A stretch of DNA of 64,000 bases. It comes from Octopus vulgaris. Taxonomy: Eukaryota. Position 1 is the first letter of the stretch; each line of letters opens with the position of its first letter. Made by a program: the position numbers and the translations under genes. Below, piece by piece: positions 39,437 to 53,372 of this stretch. The stretch covers positions 11,470,001 through 11,534,000 of the forward strand of contig OX597828.1 of NCBI GenBank assembly GCA_951406725.2. The letters are read 5' to 3'. The notes below the pieces were generated by a model, which was not told the origin of the DNA, did no database searches, and saw nothing but the letters and a program-made list of their open reading frames with translations.

Positions 39437-40270
39437 AGAGAGAGAGAGTTAGATAAATAGATATGTGTATATGCATATATACATATGCAGGAAAGTATGA
39501 ATGTGTTTGTGTATGTATGTGTGTGCCGTTGTCTGTGTGCATATTGTCTATGTATATGCATAATAATAGTACATAAAAATACCAAATTCTATGGAAGTCT
39601 AACAAAATAAAAAGAAATATATATATATTACAAATGAGGGGGTGGCAGATGAAAAACAGAGAAAAAAACAATTTGTTTTGGTTATATTCTGTTTTGTTTT
39701 GCTTCATTTTTATCTTTTAGGGGGATTTTTTAATCTTTTCATTATTTTTTAATAGATGAATGGGGTAGTCCGGGTGAGTAAAAGAATAATAAAAATAAGT
39801 TTTGAAAATGGTATTAAGGGAAAAAAAAATGGAAATAATTCAAATGAAGGGGAAAAATTAGGGAGAGTAAGAGGGACGGTGGGAGGGAAAGACTAAGGGT
39901 GAAGACTGTGATGAGAATGAATAGGAATGAGGAGAGAAGATGGAGGAATGTGCATCACAATAAAAATATCTTTAACTGATTAGATGAGAATGATCCACAC
40001 CCCCATGTGACATTAACTGTGTTAGCAGCAATATATCAGTCAACAAACACACAGAAACACACACACACACACATACACGCACGCACGCACACACACAGAA
40101 ACACACACACACGCTCACACGCAGAAACACAAACACGCACACGCACACAGAAAAGTAAACTCAGACGCAGACATACGTCTGTACACATACATACAGTTTT
40201 ATTTCCCTCCACATGTGTGTGTGTGTGTGTGTGTGATGCACAGATGTAATAGAAACATGTGCATACACGG

Positions 40271-40304
<34 letters not shown>

Positions 40305-40342
40305 GCACGCAAATACATTTACACAAACGCAATGTGTGTGAG

Positions 40343-40380
<38 letters not shown>

Positions 40381-40501
40381 GTGTGTGTGTGTATGAGATA
40401 ATCATATTTATGTATTCACATACAGACCTACATATATACATTTCTACACATATATGTATACATATATATATATTCTATATGATACATATATGCATGTATG
40501 T

Positions 40502-40532
<31 letters not shown>

Positions 40533-41405
40533 CGTGTGTGTACACACATATTGAAATATTCAGTTATAAAAGTGCAGCATATATTTATGCATCATTTGTC
40601 ATATACACACACACACGTATATCCATGACTATAAATTTATAGATGCAGAAAAATGCATAACTATGTGTATTCATAAATACATGCATGCATGCACACATAT
40701 ACACACAACTACAGATGCACAAAAATTTAAATACATGTGTAGCCATCACTGGTTATATATATATACATGTGCGTGTGTATAAATATATATAAGATAACCA
40801 TAAGAAATCAAACCTACTCACACACAAACCTTTTGTAAGAACACATGAACTCTTACATCATTATCATCATCTAGTGTTTTAAATCTGGGTTTTGTCCCCC
40901 ATTAACTGGGCTGGCCGAATCAACCTCAATGCCATAGTAACCGAGGTAGGCAAGTGCAGCCCACCCCAACCTTTAGGCTGGCTGGTGCCCATTTTCCTTT
41001 GCTGTCCTGGGGCTTTTTTGGAGCTGGATTTTCTATGGGGAGCATACCCTCTTGCTTACCCTCAACCTCAGTTTCTAGACATGAATGGTCCTGAGACCAA
41101 GGGCTCTATCATAATTTTTAAGTAATGTGGCTGAAAACTAGCTCAGGAGGCAGTGTACGAGCCCCCACTACACACATATATACAAATGTATTTGCGCCTA
41201 AGCAGATAGATATGTACCACTTAAATCAGAGAGGAATTCATAGACATAAGTACATAATGCCTTGGACACATACACAGTCTTTTCCATACATGAAAAGTCA
41301 TACACACAGTTGTAAGCTGATGCACACATATACATACATGCATACAAACACAAGCATTTACAAATAAAATGAACTGGCATAAAAAAAAAATCACTGGTGA
41401 ATGTA

Positions 41406-41444
<39 letters not shown>

Positions 41445-41729
41445 ATATATATGTATATATTTCTGTTGGGCATTGCAATACTAGTAATCTGGTGTTAGAA
41501 CTCAATACAGATATGGTTTGGTACGAAGCATCAGACAAGTACAAAGCAGTAGTAATAAGAAATTGGGACAACAAAGGAATAAACAATAATATTGTGAATG
41601 TCATTAGCTTACAACTGTTTCTGCTATCTGATGTAATACACTCGTAGTTGGGTGCTTGAGTATCATTCTGTAGCTTCATCAAGGTTTCAAACATGAAGTG
41701 CCTTGTATATACAATGCTTATATATATAT

Positions 41730-41907
41730 AGGCATAGGAGTGGGTGTCTGGTAAGTAGCTTGCTCACGAACCACATGGTTCTGTGTTCAGTCTCATTGTG
41801 TGGCACCTTAGGCAAGTGTCTTCTACTATAGCCTCGGGCCAACCAAAGCCTTGTGAGTGAATTTGGCAGACAGAAACTGAAAGTAGCCCGTTGTATATAT
41901 ATGTATA

Positions 41908-41951
<44 letters not shown>

Positions 41952-42162
41952 TGTGTGTATGTATGTTTGTGTGTTTGTTTGTCCCCCAATATCGCTTCAC
42001 AACCGATGCTGGTGTGTTTACGTCCCTGTAACTTAGCGGTTTGGCAAAAGAAACAGATACAATAAGTACTAGGCTTACAAAGAATAAGTTCTGGAGTCGA
42101 TTTGCTCAACTAAAGGCGGTGCTCCAGCATGGCCGCAGTCAAATGATTGAAACAAGTAAAAT
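41730..42162 (+). mobile_element. SINE family A (near full length)
   Basis: Head, caccttaggcaagtgtctt core, internal (TG)n, tail ...ggcggtgctccagcatggccgcagtcaaatgattgaaacaagtaaa. Confidence 0.92.
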
Positions 42163-42391
42163 AGTATATATGTATGTATATATATATACAGCCGAAATCA
42201 CTAAGATGATCCGGTTCCCGACTGAAGATTAGAGGCTTCAAGTGACCCGTCGGTTTTTTGTGTCGTCTCCTTGTGTGTTTTTGCGTTCTTGTCCCACTTT
42301 GTAATTTATATTTTATGTTAAATTCTATACATATATATATATACATACACAAACATACACATACATGTGTGTGCGTGAGAGTGTATGAACA

Positions 42392-42620
42392 TTATCATCA
42401 TCATCATCATCATCACTCAACATCCATTTTCCATGCTGGCTAAACATGATCCAGCAAGCTGCAGGACAATCCAATCTTCAGTATTAGCTTTGGCACGGTT
42501 GCTATTGCTGGATCACTTTCCTGTTGCCAACCACTTTAGGGTGTGTACTGGGTAAGTTTTTTTTTCTTTTACCTGACACCAACACTTGCAAGGTCGCAAA
42601 GTAACATGCAAGACAAACAA
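42392..42620 (-). mobile_element. RTE 3' tail fragment
   Basis: (CAT)n followed by ccattttccatgctggc...gccaaccacttt..gtgtgtactgggt. Confidence 0.65.
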
Positions 42621-43262
42621 GGAAAAAAAACTCTCCACAACAGGATGGAAGTGTATCTGAGAGAAGGTGGGGTTGGAGTGGGGTCTTTATGCCAGGTACT
42701 GGAGGGATAATGTACGATAGTATGTCAAGCACAAGAGTCTTATTACAGGGGAGATAAAAATAATGGGGGGATGAAATGCAGAGTGTACTCTCAAGGTACA
42801 AGAAGGTGAATATAAGAAAGAATATGAAAGAGAGCTTATGGTGGGAGAGAGAGAGGATCAGAAAATTCATAAAGTTATGAGATGAGATGGTTAGAGACAG
42901 TGGTAGAGGTACTATCCTACTTTATGGCACTTTAGTGAAATGAATTCAACTGGAGCCACAAGGCAATCAATACCCTGTGAGGAGAAACAAATTGACTGAA
43001 ACTGTACAGGAGTGAGCCACATATATATCTGTTCATTTGTTTAATATTCATTGCTGTTCTGCATTTTTAAAGAGTTATGTGTGACAGGAATTTTGTGGCT
43101 AGATTCTCATTTACCAACACATATGTGACCCACCAGTTTTAATGTTAACAAGCAGTGAGAGGCAGCATCACTTGTACTACTTTGATCAAGTCGTGACAAG
43201 TGTCACATATAAACAAACATGCTCATTTACATACATACACACACAGGCATCCCAATAAATAA

Positions 43263-43327
<65 letters not shown>

Positions 43328-43333
43328 CGCATA

Positions 43334-43377
<44 letters not shown>

Positions 43378-43660
43378 TACACACACACATACATAGCTAG
43401 ATTGGCCTTCATACTGGCAAGAAGGGATAAACATGAATCTCTGTGATTCATCCACTGCTGCAGTGTTGCCCGATGAAATGAGTCAATGATGATGATGATC
43501 AACCAGATGCCCATGGATAATACAGACTATACTGCACTCATCCCAAGGATATGGACTCTGATGTTAAAGGTCATGTGATTTATGGAAATGTACGTAGCGG
43601 TGTATTAAATATTTATAAATTCCATCCTGGAATTATAGTTATTATTATACACACATATAC

Positions 43661-43697
<37 letters not shown>

Positions 43698-43699
<2 letters not shown>

Positions 43700-44939
43700 G
43701 GGTGTTCCAAAATTAAGGCAACAGACTTTTTTGATTTTGCCAAAGCAAAATATTGTTATATTTCGGGTCTGAGCATTGTAATGCAATGGTATAGGAAACA
43801 CAATTATGACACTACTACAGTTATTTGATGGGACCACCTCTGTTTTAAATCACAGCCTCAAGTCTCGGTGTGAATGTTTCACACACAGCATGCAGCTGTT
43901 CCTGCAGAATTAAAGCCCATTCCTGGCACAGTTTTGCCTTCAGAGTGTTGAGCAAAGTATGAGGAGTACTCAAGACACTCGTCTCTAAAATGGATCCAAC
44001 AGGGTGAAATTGTGCTTCTTAAGGGTCATACATCCTTGTCTATGAACGAGGAGATGTTTTTCTGAATCCAGTATTATGGCTGTTTGGAGCTGTCAGATGG
44101 TACTAAGTCTTGTTGGAGATTCCAAGGTATGCCTTAAAAGTGATCATTTTCCCATGGCAACAGTTCAGCTTCCAGAATGTCACAAATGTATCACTGGGGG
44201 TTATTTTTAACAACCGGGGACCCCAAAACAAGGTGAGAACTTCCAGTGGCTGTCACAGCAGCCCAAACTATAAGTGACAGTGGATTTTGATGTCGATTTA
44301 CGAGCCTGCCCTCAACGGAGCCAGATACACTTCAAACTTGGTCATTCTGGTGGTTAACTGTCTGTTCGATGTCAAATTTCTTTTCATCAGTGAACACCGG
44401 GTTGGGCAGTGTGCCTTCAGCAATCTGAGACAGGATAAGACGATTTCTCTCCAGTCTCAAGGCCTTATAAACTTGCATGAGCTCATGTCAGTGGATCATC
44501 TTGTAGGAATGGATCCTGAGATCCTCCTTCAACACTCAATACATCAATGTTCAGCTTAATTTTGCTGCAACAGCTAGTTTTCTGATGGAACGAGGATTTT
44601 GCCATCTGGTATTTTTGATAAGCTGAGGGGTCCACACACTTCTTTTTCAGCCACATTCTGGTTGCTCAGTAGTGGAACCAGTCTCTTGAAATTTCTTGAC
44701 AATTTTCCAGACTCATTCAGTTAATTTTAAGCTTTTTTGCAATAATGTATTACTTTCGCCTCCCATGTGGAGGGATATGATTGTATTTTGGTCTATAGCC
44801 AGTATCTAATTCATAAATCTGAATTTATTTAGTCTGAAACAAAAAGACACACTAAGCTTCTATAATGATGTATAATTTTCATATCTTATCACATTTATTG
44901 ATACACCATAACTTCAGTTGCCTTAATTTCAGGACACCC

Positions 44940-44941
<2 letters not shown>
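43698..44941 (-). mobile_element. Full-length decayed Tc1/mariner element, maT (Bmmar1/DD37D)-like
   Basis: TIRs cagggtgttccaaaattaaggcaac and gttgccttaatttcaggacaccctg, in (TA)n. Minus-strand relic VFTDEKKFDIEQTVNHQND...LIVWAAVTA...LQQDLVPS...LKAKLCQEW...FTPRLEAVI*NRGG. Confidence 0.9.
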
Positions 44942-44980
<39 letters not shown>

Positions 44981-45519
44981 AGTACTAGGCACATAAAAAA
45001 TAAATCCTCGAATCAATTTCTTTCACAAAAAAAACCCCTTTAAGATGGTGCTCCAGCATGGCTGTAGTCAAATGACTGAAATGAGTAACAGAATAGAAGA
45101 ATATATGTGTGTACATGCGTGTGTATAAGTGTAATATATATATGTATATATATATGAGTGCGTGTATATATATATATATATATATGTGTGTATGTATATA
45201 TATATATACATACACACACATATATATATATATGTGTGTGTGTATGTGTGTGTATATATATGTATATATATATGTATGTATGTGTGTGTATAGCAAAACA
45301 GCCAACAACTGAAGAAGAGCTGTTCTTTATGTTTGTCTCCTTTTCCATGTGTGTCTTGTTGCTGTTTGAAAAAAATAGTTCATATTCCATGTACTCATAC
45401 TTCGTATTTTTTGTAGTACACGGTTTGTGATTCCGTGTGCACACATATGCATATATATATATATATATATATATATAGGTGCATTTGTTGTGTGAATTGT
45501 GTGCAAAAATGTGTAATAG

Positions 45520-45681
45520 GTGCTAGAGTGGCTGTGTGGTAAGTAGCTTGCTAACGAACCACATGGTTCTGGGTTCAGTCCCACTGTCCGGCACCTTGGC
45601 AATGTGTCTTCTACTATAGCCTTGGGCCGACCAAAGCCTTGTGAGTGGATTTGGTAGACGGAAACTGAAAGAAGCCTGTCG

Positions 45682-45754
<73 letters not shown>

Positions 45755-45950
45755 CTGTGTTTGTCCCCCCAACATCACTTGACAACCGATGCTAGAGTGT
45801 TTATGTCTCCGTAACTTAGCGGTTCGGCAAAACAAGGCCGATAGAATAAGTACTAGGCTTACAAAGTATAAGTCCAAGGGTCGATTCGCTCGACTAAAGG
45901 CAGTGCTCCAGCATGGCTACAGTTAAAATGACTGAAACAAGTAAAAGTAA
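45520..45950 (+). mobile_element. SINE family A (near full length)
   Basis: Same structure as 41730-42162. Confidence 0.92.
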
Positions 45951-46005
45951 GATAGAAAGAAAGAAATATATATATATATATCTACGTATAGATGTGAGTA
46001 TGTAC

Positions 46006-46067
<62 letters not shown>

Positions 46068-46349
46068 ATATAGTGGGCTCCCTGCAGTTTCTGACTACCA
46101 AAGTCTCTTGTATGGTATCAATCTTGGTCAACCCAAAGCTGCACAGTGAGACCAAATACCAAACTTCATGATGGCTGGGGAAGGAGTGAACGATACTTTC
46201 ACCCTGCTTTAGTTTGTTTATGTCCCCATAACTTAACGGCTCGACAAAAGACTCCAATACAGTAAGTACTGGGCTAAAAAAAAATATGTACTGAGGTCAA
46301 TTCGCTCAACTTAACCCTTGTAGACAATAACCCAGCTCACACACACAAA

Positions 46350-46626
46350 CACTGGCACTCTGCTGGTTGATATTAATATGCAAGTGGCTGAGTGCTCCAC
46401 AGACAAGCATATCCTTAACATAGTTCTCAGGAAGACTAAGTATCACACAGAATGTGAGAAGGCTGGCTGTTTTGAAATCCAGGTACTACTCATTTTTGCT
46501 AGTTGAGTGGACTGGAGTAAAGTGAAATAAAGTGTCTTGCTCAAGGTCGCAATGTGCCGCCAGGAATCAAACTCATGATCTTATGATAGTGATCAGAATC
46601 CCCTTTACCTCTAAGCCACATGCCTT
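46350..46626 (-). mobile_element. SINE family B variant
   Basis: Reverse complement of 12488-12800. Confidence 0.75.
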
Positions 46627-46794
46627 CACACACATGCACACACACATAGGTTTATAGTATTTGTGGGCTCAGTAAGCTTAAAGTTTAATCCAACTGATGC
46701 TAGTCTGGGAACAAAACAGGGCCACAACAATGTAAATGATAATACAAACACACATGCACACATATATGAATGGTAAAGAAATTGTTCCAATGGC

Positions 46795-47350
46795 AGAGAG
46801 GGGGGAGGAGAGAGGGACGGTGGGAGGGAGAGATAGAAAGAAGAGCGAGAGATAGGTGGGGGAAATGCTTGGTAAAGAGAAGAGGAAGAAGAAAGAAAAT
46901 GGAGAAACAATAAAAAGGGGAGAGAAGAAGGAAAGCGTTGAATGATGAAAGAAGAAAATGGAAAAGGAAAGAAAAAATAAAAGGGAATGAGAAGAAATTT
47001 GAGAGAAGGAAAAGAGATGACAAGAGAAACAGCATCAGTAACCTCTTGTTTAGTAGTGAAGATGAAGAAGAAGATGCAGAGATGATGATGGTTAGGATGA
47101 AAATGATGATGAGGAGGAGGGGATGGAAGAGGAGGAGAGCAGAGGGGAGAGGAAGAGGAAGCGTAAGAGGAGAAGGGGTGAGAGGAAGTGTGGTGCAAGG
47201 AGAGGTGATGATGATGATGACAATGATGATTGTGATGATGATGATGAAGAGGAGAGGGAGAAGGAGGAGGTGTGAGGAAAGGAGAGGTGATGATGGCGAT
47301 GAGGATTGTTATAATGATGAAGAAGGAGATGGGGAGAAGGAGGAGTTGGG
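46795..47350. repeat. Purine-rich low-complexity tract (GGA/GAA/GAT)
   Basis: Directly visible. Confidence 0.85.
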
Positions 47351-47989
47351 GTTTGGCAGGGAGACATACACTGATCAATGTGGTGAAGGAAAGCCTCTAA
47401 TCTAGACTTGTTCCCCTGCCTCGCTCCCCCACCAGCACTGCCACTATTATGGCTGCTGCTGCTGTCATTGCTGCTGCTGCTGCTGCTACCGCTGCTAATG
47501 TCACAGCCATTCAGTTTTCTCTTTGCTCTTAAGATTCAGTGAAATCCTAATGAGAGAGAAACTGTGCTTTAAAAACAACAACATTAACAACAACAACGAC
47601 GATGATGATGATAATAATAGTAATAGCAATAATAAAAAAAAAACAACACTAACAATAATAACAAAAAACAAATTTCTTTGTTTTTGTTATTTTTTCTCAG
47701 TGGCATATTTTTTGTTACATTTTGTTACAATTTGTTATTTTTAAAGAATTTTAATTTATTTTCCTATTTTTAAATTATTTCATTTTTTTGATCATTATTA
47801 TTATTATATTTATATGTTTTTTTGAGCTTTTTGTATTGTGTTTTATTTTTGTGCCATGAACATAATCGTCATGATGTTGGAGCTGAGCTTGGGTCTTTTG
47901 GCTGTGGTAGTGGTGGTGGTGGTGGCAGCGGTGGTGGCCAATAGGTCGGCTGCGGTCGCTAAGGCATGGCAAAGCATTCATAAAATATT

Positions 47990-48587
47990 CCAGACACATA
48001 GACATGGATGCGTACACAGACACACACACACATATGCATGCATAAGCACATGCACACAAACATACACACAAACAGTGGACAAGCATACACACATGCTCAT
48101 ATGTGTGTGTGTGTGTGAACACATAGTCATACAAACACATGTAGTAGATACCTCACACAGACAGGCACATGCACACATATATATACACACACACATGCAT
48201 CTGCACATACACATAGAGAGATGCACACAGAAACAGACTGCATCAAACTCAAGCATAAACATACACACATGCACACAGACAGGCAAGCACACATATACAC
48301 ACATACATACATATATACACATTACATATACACATTCACACATATACACACAAAGGCAAGCACAAATGCACTCACATACACACACATGTACATACATATA
48401 CACACATAAATACATACAGATACACACACACATACACAGGCACACTCACACACACACACGTGTACATACATACATATACACACACGTGTACATACATATA
48501 TATGGACACATACATACACACACAGAGGCACATGCACAAACACACACATACACACACACACAGAGGTACATGCACACACACACACAT
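47990..48587. repeat. Degenerate (CA)n/(TACA)n tract
   Basis: Directly visible. Source of the 335-aa H/T-rich ORF. Confidence 0.9.
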
Positions 48588-49177
48588 GCCGCTGACTACT
48601 CCAGTGCTGTGCCATTGGATCAAGATCATCATAATCTTTCACTGATCCTAAACTGGATGTCAGCTCCATCTGGTGGTGATCTCTGGTTAGCTAGTTTAGG
48701 GAATATTTCATGTAATTCACTTAGTCGTAGCAATATTGATTGTTGTTGTTTTGTATTTTTGTTCTTTATTTCGTTTTCCCGTTTTTTTTTTTGCATGTGT
48801 AATCGTTATTGTTGTTGTTGTTGTCATTGGTGGCGATGGTGGTAGTGGTGGTGGTGGTGGTGGTGGCAGCAGTGCATGGTAGAGGAGGTAGGAGAGGTGG
48901 GCGGGGGAGAGGGTTGCTCTTATCACAATGCACAACCATTGGTCTGGTCTCGGAAAGCAAAAACGAGAACTGGTGAGCGTGGTGGTGGTGGTGGTGGTAG
49001 GAAGGAGGGAGGAAGAGTAAGCAGAGGATAGGGTGGGTGAAGGGAGAGGGAAAAGGGAGAGAGAGTGAGAGAAAAGGAGAGGGAGAGAGAAAGAGATGCA
49101 GGCAAGACAGCAAGAGTGATGGTGGTGATGGTGGTGGTGATTGCAGAGGGAATGCACTGGAGGTCTCTTAGAGAGAG

Positions 49178-49208
<31 letters not shown>

Positions 49209-51039
49209 AGAGTGTAATTGGTTGGACGGTTGTTGTTATTGTCCTTAGAGGTGGTGACGGTGGTGGTGTTGGTGGTGTAAATATGTGTGCACATGCAAGA
49301 ATTAGCAGAAGATCTCGGCATTTGTGGCAGTCTGCACCAATACGTGCATATTAGTTCGAATTAGGTAGATGAATGAGGAGAAAGAAAAGGAGGTGGAGAA
49401 AGAAAGAGGGAGACACCGAGAGAGAGAGAGAGAGAGACAAAGAGAAAGAAACTGAGAGATAAAAGAGCAAGGACGGTCAAAAAGAAAAGACGGGGAGTGT
49501 GGGTGGGGGGCACCACCGATACCACTGCCATCACCACCACTACAACTATTACTACCACTACTACAATAGCAACTTCAAATAATCACCAAGATGTAGCCGT
49601 TTCTCTCCCAATTGCTGCTGTCCAGTTCAGTGAAAGAACTTTCAGGTCCTTTAGTTACTTCTCTTTGTCTTTGTCACTTCCAGGAATGGTGATGGTTTTG
49701 TGGTAGAAGGCGGTGGGGCGCGAGGGAAGGAGAGAGAACATGGGGAAGTGATTGTCCTTTTTAAGAATTTCCCTTTGCTTTTCTTTTTGTCTTTCTTTTT
49801 TTCATGCTTTTTTCCTTCTTTTTTTTTGTTTTTTTTTTGTCTTGTGTGCGTTGTCAAATGATTCATGGCGGCTGTGTAATCTGGTGCTCATAACAGTGGA
49901 CATTAACTGGGATTTCAAAGCTGTTCCTTCAGATGTCTGTTGAAAGAAACTACATGGTACTCACTTCCTTGGTTCCATAAGAAATTAGGTTAATAATATG
50001 GGAGCAGGAAAGAACGAATGCAAGAAAAGAAGGAAGGCAGGAAAGAAAACAAAAGAACAAAAGGAGAGAAAGAGAGAAGGAGAGAGGGAGGAGATGGTAA
50101 AGAGATTGTTAAGTCAATTTAAAACAATAGAGTGGTTCGATAAGAAATAAGAAATGAAATCTTATCCTCACATAAAAACCACTGCACCTTTGTATGAAAT
50201 GGTCAAGGAGTAAGGTTAGGGGCTTCGAGCTGGGTGCAATAGATGAAAATCCACCAAGAATCTCGGGGAATTAATTCTTACTTTTAAAGACTTATCTTCG
50301 ACTCCAGCCAGGCTGCTACTCAAACGCGAATGTCATTTTACAAGAGAAAATCTTTGATAGAAAGCAGAAGCATACATTATCACAATGGCAAATTAATGCC
50401 TTGCAGACGTTTGGAGTGGAGGAAGAAATAATATATATTAAGGCCAGTCGATTTCATGATCTTGTTCTTCGTGTTGTGAGCAAGAAAACAAAGGTTCTAT
50501 TGACTTAAAGTGCGTGCGTCTGTGTGTGAGTGCACGTCAGTGCATACCCATGTGTAAATGAGTGCATATGTGTGAGTGCGTATACACATGTGTGTGTCTG
50601 TGTGTGTGTGTGTGCATATAAAATATAGACTGCAACAAACGGTAAATGTCTAGAAGCTCCATTAACTTAATTCTGTTGTTGCATATGGTTCCTATTTGGT
50701 TGACAGAATGGAGATATTCAAGAGAGATATGGCTGCTGCATTGAACAGATTGTGTGAATATTTCCGATATTTCCTCAGTAATGCATATCTGCTGTGGCCA
50801 TCATTAAAGAATCCACTCTTACAAAGAATTGTACTGGGTAACCAAAACAAATTCAACATGACCCCACCACATACACATACAGACAGACAGACATACACAC
50901 ACACACAGTATTCTGCATAAGCAACCTCTATGTGGTCACTATACCCACCACAAGTAAGGACCAAGTTTTCCCCAAATCCCAGTTCACAGTAGAAAATTTT
51001 TTAAAAACGAAAAGGAAACAAGATGTCAGATACAGACAT

Positions 51040-51216
51040 TATTGTGTAATTAGGAAGTTTGCTTTGCAGGTTTCAGGTTCAGTCCCACTACACAGCACCT
51101 TGGGCAAGTGTCTTCTATTATAACACAAGGCCGGCCAATTCCTTGTGAAAGAACAGAGTAGCTGGAAAATGTGTGGAAACATGTACGCATATAAACACAC
51201 ACACACCTGTGTGTGT

Positions 51217-51264
<48 letters not shown>

Positions 51265-51445
51265 GTGTGAATATACCTTAGTGCCTCTGTTTATCTCACA
51301 CCAGTGCTTGAAAACCAATGTTAACTTATAACTTAGCAGCAAGAACATCACTTAAAAATAAGTGCTGGGGGCGCAGTTTGGTTGGCTAAAACCCATCAAG
51401 GCAGTGCCCCAGGATGACAGCAGTGATATGACTAACAGAAATAAA
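51040..51445 (+). mobile_element. SINE family A (degenerate)
   Basis: ggttcagtcccactacacagcaccttgggcaagtgtcttc...(TG)n...aaggcagtgccccagga. Confidence 0.75.
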
Positions 51446-51769
51446 AATTGAGAGATATCAGAGCTGAAGTACATATGAGCAGAGACCTACTTCATGAGGG
51501 ATAACCTCAGGCTACACAAAAGTAGAAACAAAGTAAGAATAACATGGGCCCAGAAGTAGTCAAAGTACTGTATATTCAAACATCCTTGCTTAACACTAAA
51601 TTGATGACATGATCCAGATGAGGATTTGGGGGTCAATTCAACAATAATCTACAGTAAATATATGGTTTTCTTGGGAGAAATTTTAATACCAGACCGATGT
51701 TTGTTCTTTGTGACATACTGTCTTCTTTTCTTAGATATTATGTAGAATGCAAAAGAGAAAAATGAAATT

Positions 51770-51940
51770 CGTTATTTGGATTGAGTACATTGCTTAGCGG
51801 TATTTCATCTGTCTTTACGTTCTGAGTTCAAATTCTACTGTGATCGACTTTACCTTTCATCCTTTTGGGGTTGAAAAATAAAGTACCAGTTGTGTACTGG
51901 GCTCGATCTAATTTCAGGACTTGTGCCTAGAGTAGAAAGA
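51770..51940 (+). mobile_element. SINE family C (degenerate)
   Basis: tgcttagcggtatttc...ttctgagttcaaattc...cgactttacctttcatccttttgggg...aagtaccagt. Confidence 0.75.
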
Positions 51941-52548
51941 ATATTTTGCATATTTATTCTTGACATATCTATGCAGATTCAGACGCAAAATAGACTGGTC
52001 ACTGTAGCGCATGTCATAGAAGAAAAACATCTCCCTTTTATGATAACAGTAGGTTCAATGCAGTCATCGGCACACAGCATTCTGGGACACTGGGGTTTCA
52101 ACATATTGTACCTCATCAGCCAGAACAGAACTATGAGCCCAGGTAAAGCCAGTGGCTTTGGTTTTTCCTTCAGTGAGCAACCTGCTGGCTGATTAGTGCT
52201 TATATCTGCCAACAAATAACAAAGATGTAACCCGCACCACATAGAGCAAGATGCAGAATGATTATTTGCACATTTATTCTTAATCCACCTAGGCAGGTTC
52301 AGACACAATATATACTGGTGACTTTATTGTATGTCATAGGAGATTAACTTTTCCCTTTTATAACGACAGTATGTTCAACACATTCATTTCGTTGGTGCAT
52401 GGCATTCCGGGACATAGGGGTTTTGACATGTTATATCTCATTGACCAGTATCTACATATCAAATCTGAGCACAATCAGATGGAGGATGCCCAAGATTCTA
52501 GAAGACACACACACGCACACAGATAGACTGAACGGATTTTATAATATA

Positions 52549-52936
52549 CTAGCAGTATCACCCAGCATTGCTCAGGTTTGTAAGGGAAATAACTATATAA
52601 GCATTTTTAGAGAGTTATAGCCAAAAAATACATTCAAAAATGGGAAAAAAATGATGGTAAATTTTTTTTTAAATCGTTGACTCATCGTAGACATTTTTAG
52701 AGAGTTACTTCCCTTATATAATAGCGAAAAAATGCATTAAAATGGAAAAAAATGATGGTAAATTATTTTTAAAATCGTAGACTCATCGTAGACGCGCGCT
52801 AATACCCAGAAGGGCTCGATATGAATCACGACTATAAGATACCCGGTGTTGGTTAAACTGCACCGCAAAATGTGGGAGTAGTTAGGAATCTAAATCGTAG
52901 GAGACACACACACAACCATACTTTTATATATAAAGA
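52549..52936 (-). mobile_element. Complete non-autonomous Helitron
   Basis: Minus strand begins TCTTTATATATAAAAG and ends with hairpin cctgagcaatgctggg-tgatactg-CTAG. Inserted between A and T with no TSD. Internal ~110-bp direct repeat. Confidence 0.88.
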
Positions 52937-52946
52937 TATATATATA

Positions 52947-53212
52947 TTATCATCATCATTATTGAGTGTCTGCTTTCTATGCAGGCATGTGTTAGATTGT
53001 TTGACTGGAACTGGTAAGATGGAGAGCTGCATCAGGTTTCAATCTGACTTGGAATGGTTTCTACGGCCAGATGCTCTTCCTAACGCCAACCACTCCAAGA
53101 GTATATGGGTGCTAGTTAAGTGCCACCAGCACAGGTGCTGTTATATACCATCGGCACAGGTGCCAGTTATGCGACACCAACACTGGCTACAACTGTAATT
53201 TCACTTGGCTTA
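52947..53212 (-). mobile_element. RTE 3' tail fragment
   Basis: (CAT)n ... ggtttctacggccagatgctcttcctaacgccaaccactcc. Confidence 0.75.
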
Positions 53213-53214
53213 CA

Positions 53215-53372
53215 AAGGGTTTCATTCAGCGTTGGTCCACTAAATCCACTTACAAGGTTTTGGTTCAGCCCAAGGCTATAGTAGAAGACACTAGCCCATG
53301 GTTCCACTCAATGGGACAGAACCCAAAATCGTGTAGCTGGGAAGCAAAATTCTTACAACACAGCCATGCCAG
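53215..53372 (-). mobile_element. SINE family A 5' half
   Basis: aaatccacttacaagg...ggctatagtagaagacac...aacccaaaatc...cttacaacacagccatgcc. Confidence 0.75.

Noticed and set aside
42188-42310. Hammerhead-like pieces (gccGAAAtcacTA ... CTGAAGA)
   Set aside because: Could not build paired stems I-III. At most a truncated PLE tail.
46626-47405. 250-aa and 155-aa ORFs
   Set aside because: Translations of a purine-rich low-complexity tract.
47838-48845. 335-aa ORF, the longest in the window
   Set aside because: Runs through (GTG)n and degenerate (CA)n. H/T-rich low complexity with no domain.
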